Of a stretch of DNA of 64,000 nt, positions 38,901 to 48,648 are shown piece after piece (position 1 is the stretch's first letter; each line of letters opens with the position of its first letter). The notes beneath the pieces are model-generated. The model worked only from the letters and a program-made list of their open reading frames with translations, had not been told where the DNA came from and searched no databases. The stretch spans positions 62,001 to 126,000 of the forward strand of contig CAXHJY010001549.1 in the NCBI GenBank assembly GCA_964016885.1, given 5' to 3'. The stretch is from Eledone cirrhosa (taxonomy: Eukaryota). The position numbers were made by a program, and so were the translations under genes.

Positions 38901-41900
38901 TGGTGTTGTTGTTAGTGGTGGTGTTGTTAGTGGTGGTGTTGTTAGTGGTGGTGTTGTTAGTGGTGGTGGTGTTAGTGGTGTTGTTGTTAGTGGTGGTGGT
39001 GTTAGTGGTGGTGTTGTTAGTGGTGGTGTTGTTAGTGGTGTTGTTGTTAGTGGTGTTGTTGTTAGTGGTGGTGTTGTTAGTGGTGTTGTTGTTAGTGGTG
39101 TTGTTGTTAGTGGTGGTGTTGTTAGTGGTGGTGTTGTTAGTGGTGTTGTTAGTGGTGGTGTTGTTAGTGGTGGTGTTGTTAGTGGTGTTGTTAGTGGTGG
39201 TGTTGTTAGTGGTGGTGTTGTTAGTGGTGTTGTTAGTGGTGGTGTTGTTAGTGGTGGTGTTGTTAGTGGTGTTGTTGTTAGTGGTGTTGTTGTTAGTGGT
39301 GGTGTTGTTAGTGGTGTTGTTAGTGGTGGTGTTGTTAGTGGTGTTGTTAGTGGTGGTGTTGTTAGTGGTGTTGTTGTTAGTGGTGTTGTTGTTAGTGGTG
39401 GTGTTGTTAGTGGTGGTGTTGTTAGTGGTGTTGTTGTTAGTGGTGGTGTTGTTAGTGGTGTTGTTGTTAGTGGTGTTGTTGTTAGTGGTGTTGTTGTTAG
39501 TGGTGGTGTTGTTAGTGGTGTTGTTGTTAGTGGTGTTGTTGTTAGTGGTGTTGTTGTTAGTGGTGGTGTTGTTAGTGGTGTTGTTAGTGGTGGTGTTGTT
39601 AGTGGTGTTGTTGTTAGTGGTGTTGTTAGTGGTGGTGTTGTTAGTGGTGTTGTTAGTGGTGGTGTTCTTAGTGGTGGTGTTGTTAGTGGTGTTGTTGTTA
39701 GTGGTGTTGTTGTTAGTGGTGTTGTTGTTAGTGGTGGTGTTGTTAGTGGTGTTGTTAGTGGTGGTGTTGTTAGTGGTGGTGTTGTTAGTGGTGTTGTTGT
39801 TAGTGGTGGTGTTGTTAGTGGTGGTGTTGTCAGTGGTGTTGTTAGTGGTGGTGTTGTTAGTGGTGGTGTTGTTAGTGGTGTTGTTGTTAGTGGTGGTGTT
39901 GTTAGTGGTGGTGTTGTTAGTGGTGTTGTTGTTAGTGGTGGTGTTGTTAGTGGTGGTGTTGTTAGTGGTGTTGCTAGTAGTGGTGTTGTTAGTGGTGGTG
40001 TTGTTAGTGGTGGTGTTGTTAGTGGTGTTGTTGTTAGTGGTGGTGTTGTTAGTGGTGTTGTTGTTAGTGGTGTTGTTGTTAGTGGTGTTGTTGTTAGTGG
40101 TGGTGTTGTTAGTGGTGGTGTTGTTAGTGGTGTTGTTGTTAGTGGTGGTGTTGTTAGTGGTGGTGTTGTTAGTGGTGTTGTTAGTGGTGGTGTTGTTAGT
40201 GGTGGTGTTGTTAGTGGTGTTGTTGTTAGTGGTGGTGTTGTTAGTGGTGGTGTTGTCAGTGGTGTTGTTAATGGTGGTGTTGTTAGTGGTGGTGTTGTTA
40301 GTGGTGTTGTTGTTAGTGGTGGTGTTGTTAGTGGTGTTGTTAGTGGTGGTGTTGTTAGTGGTGGTGGTGTTAGTGGTGGTGTTGTTAGTGGTGGTGTTGT
40401 TAGTGGTGTTGTTAGTGGTGGTGTTGTTAGTGGTGGTGTTGTTAGTGGTGTTGTTGTTAGTGGTGGTGTTGTTAGTGGTGATGTTGTCAGTGGTGTTGTT
40501 AGTGGTGGTGTTGTTAGTGGTGGTGGTGTTAGTGGTGTTGTTGTTAGTGGTGGTGTTGTTAGTGGTGTTGTTAGTGGTGGTGTTGTTAGTGGTGGTGGTG
40601 TTAGTGGTGGTGTTGTTAGTGGTGGTGGTGTTAGTGGTGTTGTTAGTGGTGGTGTTGTTAGTGGTGTTGTTGTTAGTGGTGTTGTTAGTGGTGTTGTTGT
40701 TAGTGGTGTTGTTGTTAGTGGTAGTGTTGTTAGTGGTGGTGTTGTTAGTGGTGGTGTTGTTAGTGGTGGTGTTGTTAGTGGTGTTGTTGTTAGTGGTGTT
40801 GTTGTTAGTGGTGGTGTTGTTAGTGGTGGTGTTGTTAGTGGTGTTCTTGTTAGTGGTGGTGTTGTTAGTGGTGTTGTTGTTAGTGGTGTTGTTGTTAGTG
40901 GTGGTGTTGTTAGTGGTGTTGTTGTTAGTGGTGTTGTTGTTAGTGGTGGTGTTGTCAGTGGTGGTGTTGTTAGTGGTGTTGTTGTTAGTGGTGGTGTTGT
41001 TAGTGGTGGTGTTGTTAGTGGTGTTGTTGTTAGTGGTGGTGTTGTTAGTGGTGTTGTTGTTAGTGGTGGTGTTGTTAGTGGTGGTGTTGTTAGTGGTGTT
41101 GTTGTTAGTGGTGGTGTTGTTAGTGGTGGTGTTGTTAGTGGTGGTGTTGTTAGTGGTGGTGTTGTTAGTGGTGGTGTTGTTAGTGGTGGTGTTGTTAGTG
41201 GTGGTGTTGTTGTTAGTGGTGTTGTTGTTAGTGGTGGTGTTGTTAGTGGTGTTGTTGTTAGTGGTGGTGTTGTTAGTGGTGGTGTTGTTGTTAGTGGTGG
41301 TGTTGTTGTTGGTAGTGGTGTTGTTGTTAGTGGTGGTGTTGTTAGTGGTGGTGTTGTTAGTGGTGGTGTTGTTAGTGGTGTTGTTGTTAGTGGTGGTGTT
41401 GTTAGTGGTGGTGTTGTTGTTGTTAGTGGTGGTGTTAGTGCTGGTGGTGTTAGTGGTGGTGTTGTTAGTGGTGGTGTTGTTAGTGGTGGTGTTGTTAGTG
41501 GTGTTGTTGTTAGTGGTGGTGTTGTTAGTGGTGGTGTTGTTAGTGGTGGTGTTGTTAGTGGTGTTGTTGTTAGTGGTGGTGTTGTTAGTGGTGGTGTTGT
41601 TAGTGGTGGTGTTGTTGTTAGTGGTGTTGTTGTTAGTGGTGGTGTTGTTAGTGGTGTTGTTGTTAGTGGTGGTGTTGTTAGTGGTGGTGTTGTTGTTAGT
41701 GGTGGTGTTGTTGTTGGTAGTGGTGTTGTTGTTAGTGGTGGTGTTGTTAGTGGTGGTGTTGTTAGTGGTGGTGTTGTTAGTGGTGTTGTTGTTAGTGGTG
41801 GTGTTGTTAGTGGTGGTGTTGTTGTTGTTAGTGGTGGTGTTAGTGCTGGTGGTGTTAGTGGTGGTGTTGTTAGTGGTGGTGTTGTTAGTGGTGGTGTTGT

Positions 41901-44900
41901 TAGTGGTGTTGTTGTTAGTGGTGGTGTTGTTAGTGGTGGTGTTGTTAGTGGTGGTGTTGTTAGTGGTGGTGTTGTTAGTGGTGGTGTTGTTAGTGGTGGT
42001 GTTGTTGTTAGTGGTGTTGTTGTTAGTGGTGGTGTTGTTAGTGGTGTTGTTGTTAGTGGTGGTGTTGTTAGTGGTGGTGTTGTTGTTAGTGGTGGTGTTG
42101 TTGTTGGTAGTGGTGTTGTTGTTAGTGGTGGTGTTGTTAGTGGTGGTGTTGTTAGTGGTGGTGTTGTTAGTGGTGTTGTTGTTAGTGGTGGTGTTGTTAG
42201 TGGTGGTGTTGTTGTTGTTAGTGGTGGTGTTAGTGCTGGTGGTGTTAGTGGTGGTGTTGTTAGTGGTGGTGTTGTTAGTGGTGGTGTTGTTAGTGGTGTT
42301 GTTGTTAGTGGTGGTGTTGTTAGTGGTGGTGTTGTTAGTGGTGGTGTTGTTAGTGGTGTTGTTGTTAGTGGTGGTGTTGTTAGTGGTGGTGTTGTTAGTG
42401 GTGGTGGTGTTAGTGCTGGTGGTGTTAGTGGTGGTGTTGTTAGTGGTGGTGTTGTTAGTGGTGGTGGTGTTAGTGGTGGTGGTGTTAGTGGTGGTGTTGT
42501 TAGTGGTGGTGTTGTTAGTGGTGGTGTTGTTAGTGGTGGTGTTGTTAGTGGTGTTGTTGTTAGTGGTGTTGTTAGTGGTGGTGTTGTTAGTGGTGGTGTT
42601 GTTAGTGGTGGTGTTGTTAGTGGTGGTGTTGTTAGTGGTGTTGTTAGTGGTGGTGTTGTTAGTGGTGGTGTTGTTAGTGGTGTTGTTGTTAGTGGTGTTG
42701 TTGTTAGTGGTGGTGTTGTTAGTGGTGGTGTTGTTAGTGGTGGTGTTGTTAGTGGTGTTGTTAGTGGTGGTGTTGTTAGTGGTGGTGTTGTTAGTGGTGT
42801 TGTTAGTGGTGGTGTTGTTAGTGGTGGTGTTGTTAGTGGTGTTGTTGTTAGTGGTGGTGTTGTTAGTGGTGTTGTTAGTGGTGGTGTTGTTAGTGGTGGT
42901 GTTGTTAGTGGTGGTGTTGTTAGTGGTGGTGTTGTTAGTGGTGGTGTTGTTAGTGGTGTTGTTGTTAGTGGTGTTGTTGTTAGTGGTGGTGTTGTTAATG
43001 GTGTTGTTGTTAGTGGTGTTGTTGTTAGTGGTGTTGTTGTTAGTGGTGGTGTTGTTAGTGGTGGTGGTGGTGTTAGTGGTGGTGGTGTTAGTGGTGGTGT
43101 TGTTAGTGGTGGTGTTGTTAGTGGTGTTGTTGTTAGTGGTGGTGTTGTTAGTGGTGGTGGTGGTGTTAGTGGTGGTGTTGTTAGTGGTGGTGTTGTTAGT
43201 GGTGTTGTTGTTGTTGTTAGTGGTGGTGTTGTTAGTGGTGGTGTTGTTAGTGGTGTTGTTGTTAGTGGTGGTGTTGTTAGTGGTTGTGTTGTTAGTGGTG
43301 GTGTTGTTAGTGGCGTTGTTGTTAGTGGTGTTGTTGTTGGTGGTATTGTTGTTGTTGTTGTTGGTCGTGGTGTTGTTAGTGTTGTTGTTGTTGGTGGTGG
43401 TGGTGTTGTTGTTGTTGTTGGTGGTGGTGGTGTTGTTGTTGTTGTTGGTGGTGGTGTTGGTGGTGTTGTTGTTGGTGGTGTTGTTGTTGGTGGTGGTGTT
43501 GTTGTTGTTGGTAGTGGTGTTGTTGGTGGTGGTAGTGTTGTTGGTGGTGTTGTTGTTGTTAGTGGTGGTGTTGTTAGTGGTGGTGGTGGTGTTGTTAGTG
43601 GTGGTGGTGGTGTAGTGGTTGTTGGTGGTGGTGGTGTTGTTGTTGGTGATAGTGTTGGTGGTGGTGGTGTTGTTAGTGGTGGTGGTGGTGTAGTGGTGAT
43701 GTTGTTGACGGTGGTAGTGTTGGTGGTGGTGGTGGTGGTGGTAGTGATGTTGTTGTTGGAGGTGGTGTTGGAGGTGGTGTTGTTGTTGTTGGTAACAAGA
43801 AATCAGTTACACACAAACCTACACAAACAAACTGACACACACACACACTCACTCATCCAAATATATATATATGCGTATGTATTTATTTTAATTTACTTAC
43901 CTCATATGACTCACAACGAGTCACAATTGTATTTGGTTTATTGCCTAATTCATATTTACTGTTATAGCATTTTCCATCCCTTGTTCCAATAGGATTATCA
44001 TAGTAACCATTGATATAATAGTTCTGACAAGAAACTTTGGTACAGATTTTTACCTCCCAACTTGTTGCCTGGGTATCTACAAAATAGAATTTTAAAATAT
44101 AAACAACTGTCCATGTATATTTATTACATCACTGCTTGGCTTCACCTTCATCTCCCACACCCTATTCTCAATACCTCAGTTGGTATGTAGCAGCACCCTA
44201 AATCAAACTTTAATTCTAGACATTATATACAGTAGCCATGACATATAAAAAATGACTAACTGATACTGATGTCATTTAACCCTTTAGCATTTACATTACT
44301 CTATATATACTATTATATTTTCATGGTAAAGGCTTTACCTCACATAATATCGAATCTATGAGATTTTGAAAGTATTTATTTTGAGAACAATACTTTAACT
44401 TCAGTTTGAGCGACCAGTTACAGCCAGTTTCAACAGAAAGAGGTAGAGAATTCTGGCCGGTTTTGGCCGGTTTGAACATTAAAGGGATAAGGATGAAAAG
44501 CAAAGTTAACCTCGGCGGGATTTGAACTCAAAATGGCAAGGGCCGTAACTTGGTGCATCAAAACATGGTGTCTGATGCTCCACCGATACTGCCAATCCAC
44601 CATAATAATAATAATAATGTTTCTACTTTAGGCACAAGGCCAGCAATTTGAAGGAAAGGGGAAAGTTGACAAAATTGACCCCAGTGCAATACTGGTGTTC
44701 TATTTTATCGACCCCGTAAGGATGTTAACCTCGGTGGGATTTGAACTCAGAACGTAAAGAGCCATAACTCTATGCTGCAAAGCATGTTGCCCGATGCTCT
44801 ACTGATACTGCCAATCTTTATTTTATCGACCTCGTAAGGATGAAAGACAAGCTAACCTCAGCGGGATTTGAACTTAGAACATAAAGGGACGTAACTCTAT

Positions 44901-45049
44901 GTCGTGGAGCATATTGTCCAACCCTTTGCCTATACTGCCAAACCACAATAATAATAATATAAACATTAAACATAAAAATAAAAGGAAGACTTACTTGTAA
45001 AATAAAGAAAAATAAATACTAAAATACTCCAGCAGGAAAGAAGAAACAT
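2057..45049 (-). CDS. Spliced gene (3'-incomplete) for a predicted secreted/extracellular glycoprotein with four tandem divergent PLAT/LH2-like domains; coding exons 45049-44995, 44076-43901, 14314-14233, 12398-12196, 10974-10875, 9462-9230, 7670-7577, 6114-5888, 4688-4583, 2086-2057
   Basis: All junctions are GT-AG, phases are compatible (1,0,1,0,1,0,1,0,1,1) and the joined frame has no stop: MFLLSCWSILVFIFLYFTNTQA/TSWEVKICT...CESYE|AILKND...CFFTK|WAKWNIIVI...LLDKI|VKLKNHNTSKTYFC...CSLRN|ETAWRIELFS...FDILK|IVITKELTGVDYGC...CKVLK|GKTWLLKVIS...LKIDE|ISIIKNH...YKC...CLKSK|EIYSNPLLKI. About ten N-x-S/T sequons. The PLAT-like label is pattern-based inference only. Confidence 0.8.
2602..3962. repeat. 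Minisatellite, 27-29 bp unit GGGG(G)TGAATATTACACCAGTTTCACTT(T), roughly 48 copies
   Basis: Head-to-tail units with no spacers; an internal ~360-bp block is duplicated (identical track ORF tails at 2682..3050 and 3161..3418). Confidence 0.97.
4298..4517. mobile_element. Fold-back MITE with ~72-bp terminal inverted repeats and TA flanks
   Basis: TA|CACATAAAAATGTGAAAACTCATTGCTAGAACAGCCATTAAAACA... pairs with ...TGTTTTAATGGCTGTTCTAATGATGAGTTTTCTCATTTTTATGTG|TA. Confidence 0.8.
4583..4688 (-). CDS. Coding exon 9 (domain 4 second half, ISIIKNHTIKNHLEYKC...FCLKSK)
   Basis: TCATTTCAG acceptor, G|GTATAT donor, 106 nt, phase 0 to 1; internal 15-nt in-frame duplication (IKNHT/IKNHL). Confidence 0.75.
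5888..6114 (-). CDS. Coding exon 8 (domain 4 first half, KTWLLKVIS...QSLKIDE)
   Basis: TTTTATTTTAG acceptor in phase 1; weak donor GAA|GTAAAA in phase 0; contained in track ORF 5813..6160, which reads on to a stop at 5813 if the donor is skipped. Confidence 0.75.
7219..7521 (-). mobile_element. Probable solo LTR inserted in a piggyBac-type MITE
   Basis: TGTAGTA...TGCTACA termini (TG..CA with inverted repeat), AGTG/AGTA flanks, minus-strand TATAAAA (~7441-7435) upstream of ATTAAA (~7268-7263); MITE halves on either side. Confidence 0.6.
7577..7670 (-). CDS. Coding exon 7 (domain 3 second half, IVITKELTGVDYGC...YSCKVLK)
   Basis: TTCCATTTTTCAG acceptor, G|GTAAGA donor, 94 nt; only the phase-0 frame is open. 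Confidence 0.85.
7850..8610 (-). mobile_element. Decayed Tc1/mariner (maT/DD37D-like) transposase
   Basis: Fragments LVFVDEKKFIVD...NRRNSR, MLIQDSAPYH and WPSNSPDLNLLDYFLWG in different frames; frameshifted. Confidence 0.85.
9230..9462 (-). CDS. Coding exon 6 (domain 3 first half, TAWRIELFS...INFDILK)
   Basis: TTTTACTTCTCTAG acceptor, AAA|GTGAGT donor, 233 nt, phase 1 to 0; contained in track ORF 9218..9691. Confidence 0.85.
10337..10481. mobile_element. piggyBac-type MITE (representative copy)
   Basis: TTAA|CCCTTTAGCATTTA ... TAAATGCTAAAGGG|TTAA; related copies at ~7018-7556 (interrupted), 8879-9110, 11039-11248, 12560-12778, 15312-15530, 44276-44490, 45322-45368, 58246-58380, 63953-64000. 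Confidence 0.85.
10875..10974 (-). CDS. Coding exon 5 (domain 2 second half, VKLKNHNTSKTYFCNY...ECSLRN)
   Basis: TTTCACTCTAG acceptor, G|GTAAGT donor, 100 nt, phase 0 to 1. Confidence 0.85.
11510..11815 (-). mobile_element. RTE LINE 3' fragment
   Basis: Reverse complement of the 56700-56995 segment family. Confidence 0.8.
12196..12398 (-). CDS. Coding exon 4 (domain 2 first half, AKWNIIVIH...NGTFLLDKI)
   Basis: TTATTTCCTAG acceptor, ATT|GTGAGT donor, 203 nt open, phase 1 to 0. Confidence 0.85.
13525..14118 (+). mobile_element. Three head-to-tail copies of a second SINE family (Meta/MESC-domain-like central block)
   Basis: Repeated GTTCAAATC...TTTGCCTTTCATCCTTACGGGGTCGATAAAATAAAGTACCAG...TTGCTGGCCTTGTGCC...AGAAAC; further copies at ~5295-5480(+), ~6710-6850(+), ~9690-10000(-), ~4170-4215(-). 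The domain name is from recall and tentative. Confidence 0.7.
14233..14314 (-). CDS. Coding exon 3 (domain 1 second half, AILKNDALQEFYVAKGCLTGSWCFFTK)
   Basis: ATTCTATTTTAG acceptor, T|GTAAGA donor, 82 nt, phase 0 to 1; same two-Cys layout as the other B exons. Confidence 0.75.
14455..14697 (+). mobile_element. RTE LINE 3' fragment
   Basis: YYGHVVRISRERIAGQILPAKRTGRKPRGRYRARWLDN motif. Confidence 0.82.
14700..15135. repeat. Degenerate GTT/GGT low-complexity tract
   Basis: Same triplet vocabulary as the large satellite but diverged; it continues at 14360-14450 on the other side of an RTE insertion. Confidence 0.8.
15980..16220 (-). mobile_element. RTE/BovB-like LINE 3' fragment (different family)
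   Basis: KRKKLVWLGHVT.HDGLCKTIMQGTLEGGRWRGRQCKNWLDNVKEW. Confidence 0.8.
16414..43793. repeat. ~27.4-kb intronic satellite built from GTT/GGT/AGT triplets, modal 15-mers TTAGTGGTGGTGTTG and TTAGTGGTGTTGTTG, with higher-order duplications
   Basis: Directly visible; rare variant markers recur at corresponding positions (e.g. AGTCGTG at ~18930 and ~29247; GTGTTTTTG at ~28513 and ~37164). Confidence 0.98.
43901..44076 (-). CDS. Coding exon 2 (end of signal peptide TQA plus domain 1 first half, TSWEVKICT...RCESYE)
   Basis: TTCTATTTTGTAG acceptor, GAG|GTAAGT donor, 176 nt open, phase 1 to 0. Confidence 0.85.
44488..44948 (-). mobile_element. Three tandem copies of the same second SINE family
   Basis: Reverse complements of the 13525-14118 units. 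Confidence 0.7.
44995..45049 (-). CDS. First coding exon, signal peptide (MFLLSCWSILVFIFLYFT)
   Basis: ACCATG start context at 45049; hydrophobic 18-codon run; A|GTAAGT donor in phase 1; upstream pyrimidine-rich acceptors at 45101 and 45204 imply 5' UTR splicing. Confidence 0.8.
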
Positions 45050-45374
45050 GGTAGTAACACTTTCTTTTCGCTTGTTTTTTTTTTGTTCATATAAATATCG
45101 TCTGTAAACAATTACACAAACAAGATTACACTTATGTTAAATGTTGCTAAAGATCTGTATTATCACATCCTTTGCTTTCATCTGTTAATGGGTATTTTCC
45201 AACTCTGAAAATAAAAGTAAAAAGATGTTTTAACACTTTTGTTACCATATTTTTTTAATGGAAGACACTGCCTATTTGTTTAAGTAATTTTGAAAATAAT
45301 CAAGAAGAGATTTCTCAATATTAACCCTTTAGCATTTAAACTGGCTGTATCCGGCCAGAATTCTCTCATATCTT

Positions 45375-45805
45375 CAAACGCCTGTGAAAGAAGCATCTTG
45401 CTCCATGCCAGCAAGACCTGGGACATGTCATCCGACTGCCTGAATCAGCTCAGAAGAAATGACAGAGCCATGATCCGCTGGATGTGGTGTGACCACTAAG
45501 GATGATGTCAGCTCAACTGAGCTCCTGAAAAGACTGCTAATTGACAACCTCAAGGATGTGTTTCCCATGAGACACATGCGCTGGTATAACCATGTCGAGC
45601 ATAGTGAGAGCTGGATCAACAAAGTAATGAATATTGATCCAGGAGGTAGTTAAGGCCCAGGAAAACCAAAAAGGACTTGGATGGAGGATGTCCGTTGGGA
45701 TCAAGCTAGGCTTGGCCTGGACCAAATGAGACTAGCAGGCAGAAACACATGGATCGAATGCTAAGGAGCGTTGTCAAGCAGGACCCACCTCTACTTAGGG
45801 AGTAA
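45375..45805 (+). mobile_element. RTE-like LINE 3' fragment
   Basis: ACERSILLHASKTW...LRRNDRAMIRWM; MRWYNHVE; GPGKPKRTW. Confidence 0.72.
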
Positions 45806-46157
45806 TTGTGTCCTGCATAATAAAAAAAACTGGATGATGATATATATATATACACACATACATGTTGGTACCACAAAACATCCGGCCCACACTGTAAAGT
45901 GGTCATGTAGTTGTCACAACAAAAAGCACCCAGCCCACACTGTAAAATGGTTGTGTAAAAGACACAGCAAAAATCATCCAGCACGCACTATAAATGTAAT
46001 TGGCGCTAGGAAGGGCATCCAGCCAGAAACAGTCCTATATAAGCGAGACACGGTCACCAGACCCAACTTGCCTTTAAATGGGACAAACCCATGCTAGCGT
46101 CGAAGATAGACGTTAAACAATGATGATATATACAGACATATAACTCACTTTTCTGTT

Positions 46158-46231
<74 letters not shown>

Positions 46232-46454
46232 GCCAATGGTGTTATGAAAAAATATTCCTAGTTGATAGCGTTTCTACTCATATGTATTCGTATACCCATG
46301 TATTTTGCTTCCTCTATTATGCTTAAATGGTATCTGAAGTGCTACTGCCAATTATGGAAGATGGACGTTAAATTTGGATATCTCGGGAACGTAACCGTAT
46401 TATAATAATCATCATCATCATCGTTTAACGTCCATCTTCCACGTTTGCATGGGT

Positions 46455-46838
46455 AATAATAATAATAATGAAATATTGTGTACAGTGCTCAGGTGCACTA
46501 CAACTCATCAAAAAGTGTATGTATAGTACATAGGGTAATGTACAAACGTTAGGAAAATGAACAGTACATGAGTCATGTATACATGTGTGCATGTGTATGG
46601 AAGGGGTACATCAGGTGTAGTTTTGGCGTATTTCGGGAAGCATGAGTGTTTTAAAGGATGCAGTGCCTTGGCAGCTAACAACTGACGCAGGCAGTTTGTT
46701 CCATGCATCAGCAACTCTGAGTGTGAAAAAATGTTTAAGAAAGTCATGGGAGCTGCGCTGTTTTCTGATTTTCTAGGCATATCCACGTGTGTTAGACACA
46801 TGGAGATCAAAAAGGTGCTCAGGGTTGTTGTTGGCGAG
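46455..46838 (-). mobile_element. Second 5'-truncated CR1-clade LINE copy
   Basis: Homologous to 48649-49009 including the 3' UTR and tail. Confidence 0.85.
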
Positions 46839-47236
46839 GTAAGAGGCTGTCTGATGATGTCATGGCACTGGGGTAGCGGAATCATGTGGCCAGTCATCAT
46901 TGAAATATGTATTGCAGCATTATCAATAAAGGACTTTAACATCTGAAACCACTTCACATTTAATTATTCTAAGTATACTCCGTCATTCCTCTGTGGAAAA
47001 AGTGCGTTCAGTGGTAGAAGTGAATTGCATCAATATTTACCGTGAGCATATATACATATGTAATCATCATCATCATTGTTTAACATCTATTTTCTACGCT
47101 TGCATGGGTTAGACAGGTTGTCGCATTATTAAACAAGTCAGATCAAGAGACCATGTCTTGCTCATATGGATCTGTATTTTGGCTTGGTTTCTACAGCTGG
47201 ATCACCTTCCTAAAACTAACAAACACACACAAATAT

Positions 47237-47555
47237 CATCATCATCATCATCATCATCAGGTTTAGCGTCCGTGTTCCACGCTTGCATGGGTTTGGACGG
47301 GGGTTTTCCCACTTGAGGCAAGAGTGGTTGTCTTGCTCGCATAGGACTGTCTGGCGGGTTTTCTACAGTTGGATGCCCTTCCTAACACCAACCACATTTA
47401 CAGTGTGGGGCTGGGAGGTTTTTACCGTGTTGCCTACACGGCCACATTACAGCGTGGACTGTGTGTTTTTTTGTCGTGACACCTACACGATCTCATTTGT
47501 TTCGGCCTCGATGGCGCGGCACCAACATAACTTTACATAGAACGGGGTGGTGTGG
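47237..47555 (-). mobile_element. 5'-truncated SINE-like insertion present only in duplication copy 1
   Basis: (CAT)n tail, TTCTACAGTTGGATGCCCTTCCTAACACCAACC shared with the SINE body; absent at the equivalent site 51286. Confidence 0.75.
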
Positions 47556-47819
47556 ATATATATAAATACTATACATACATATCTATTTCTCTCTGTGTAT
47601 ATAACTCTCTCTTTCCAACACTGTTTCTTTGTCTCTCTCTCACTGACTTTCAACCTTCCAATTAAATAAATAAGTTGCATGGAACCTACAATTTCTGTTC
47701 TCTCCTGGTTGTAAATCCATGTACATCAATAAAGTTTGGTAGAAATTATCAAACAAGATGGAAGACTTTTGAGTGAGAGAAAGAAAGATAGACAAAGACA
47801 GGGTGGGAGGCATAAAGTT

Positions 47820-47869
<50 letters not shown>

Positions 47870-48648
47870 GGGGAGGGGGAGGAGAGAGAGATGTAACAGT
47901 ATAAAATTCCAGGAGTGTTTCAGAAAATATAGACAATATGAGGAAACAACTTAAATAATTCAGTGGATGTTTTTTTTTTTATTTATCTAATAATTTTCAA
48001 TGTCAGTATAGAACTAGCAAGCTTTGAGAGACAATGGGCGGTATCAAGAACCTTTTAAAGATAAAACACAAAAACGAGATAGACAGAGAAATAAAGGGAG
48101 AGGCAATTGGGAGCCAAAAGAAGTATAAATAAAATATAAAAAAGTGAAAACAAGAGTAGCTCTAGAAAAGCTAAAAGTTTCTCTTGCTGAATCCATGTAC
48201 TGAAATATCTTGTTTATAGTTGGTAAATCTTGACAATATATTATCTTAAAGCTTCATTATATTTTTAAGATGTCCTCTCTCTCACTAGTAGTTTCTACAT
48301 TGGAATAAATAGTGCCAAAGAGTTTCTGGGCAGTCACCATGATAAAATAAATTTCAACAGTATATATCCAGTTCGAAGCCAGCATAGTATTTGTTTATTA
48401 ATATTGTTCGATGTCTAATATGTTTTAAATGTTAGCTAAAATTTCAGAGCTTATATCTCAAGATTCTTCTCAAAATTTTCCTACCCATGACTAATTATAT
48501 TTTTGCTAAATGATTTCACTAGCAATAGATTTGGGATGTAGTCTATTATTTCCCTTTATCTGTTTTCATATATCTCCTAATATATTAATGGTCTAATATT
48601 TAAATCATTGTTATTTATGATTTTCTGAAGGATAATTATCTAATCTTA

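Noticed and set aside
16414-43793. Interstitial telomere
   Set aside because: Contains TTAGTGG, not the TTAGGG expected in molluscs; triplet-modular structure
16396-43992. Giant plus-strand ORFs (poly-Val/Leu and Val/Ser/Gly, up to 3939 aa)
   Set aside because: By-products of a triplet satellite with non-ATG starts; composition switches at single-base indels; antisense to the spliced gene
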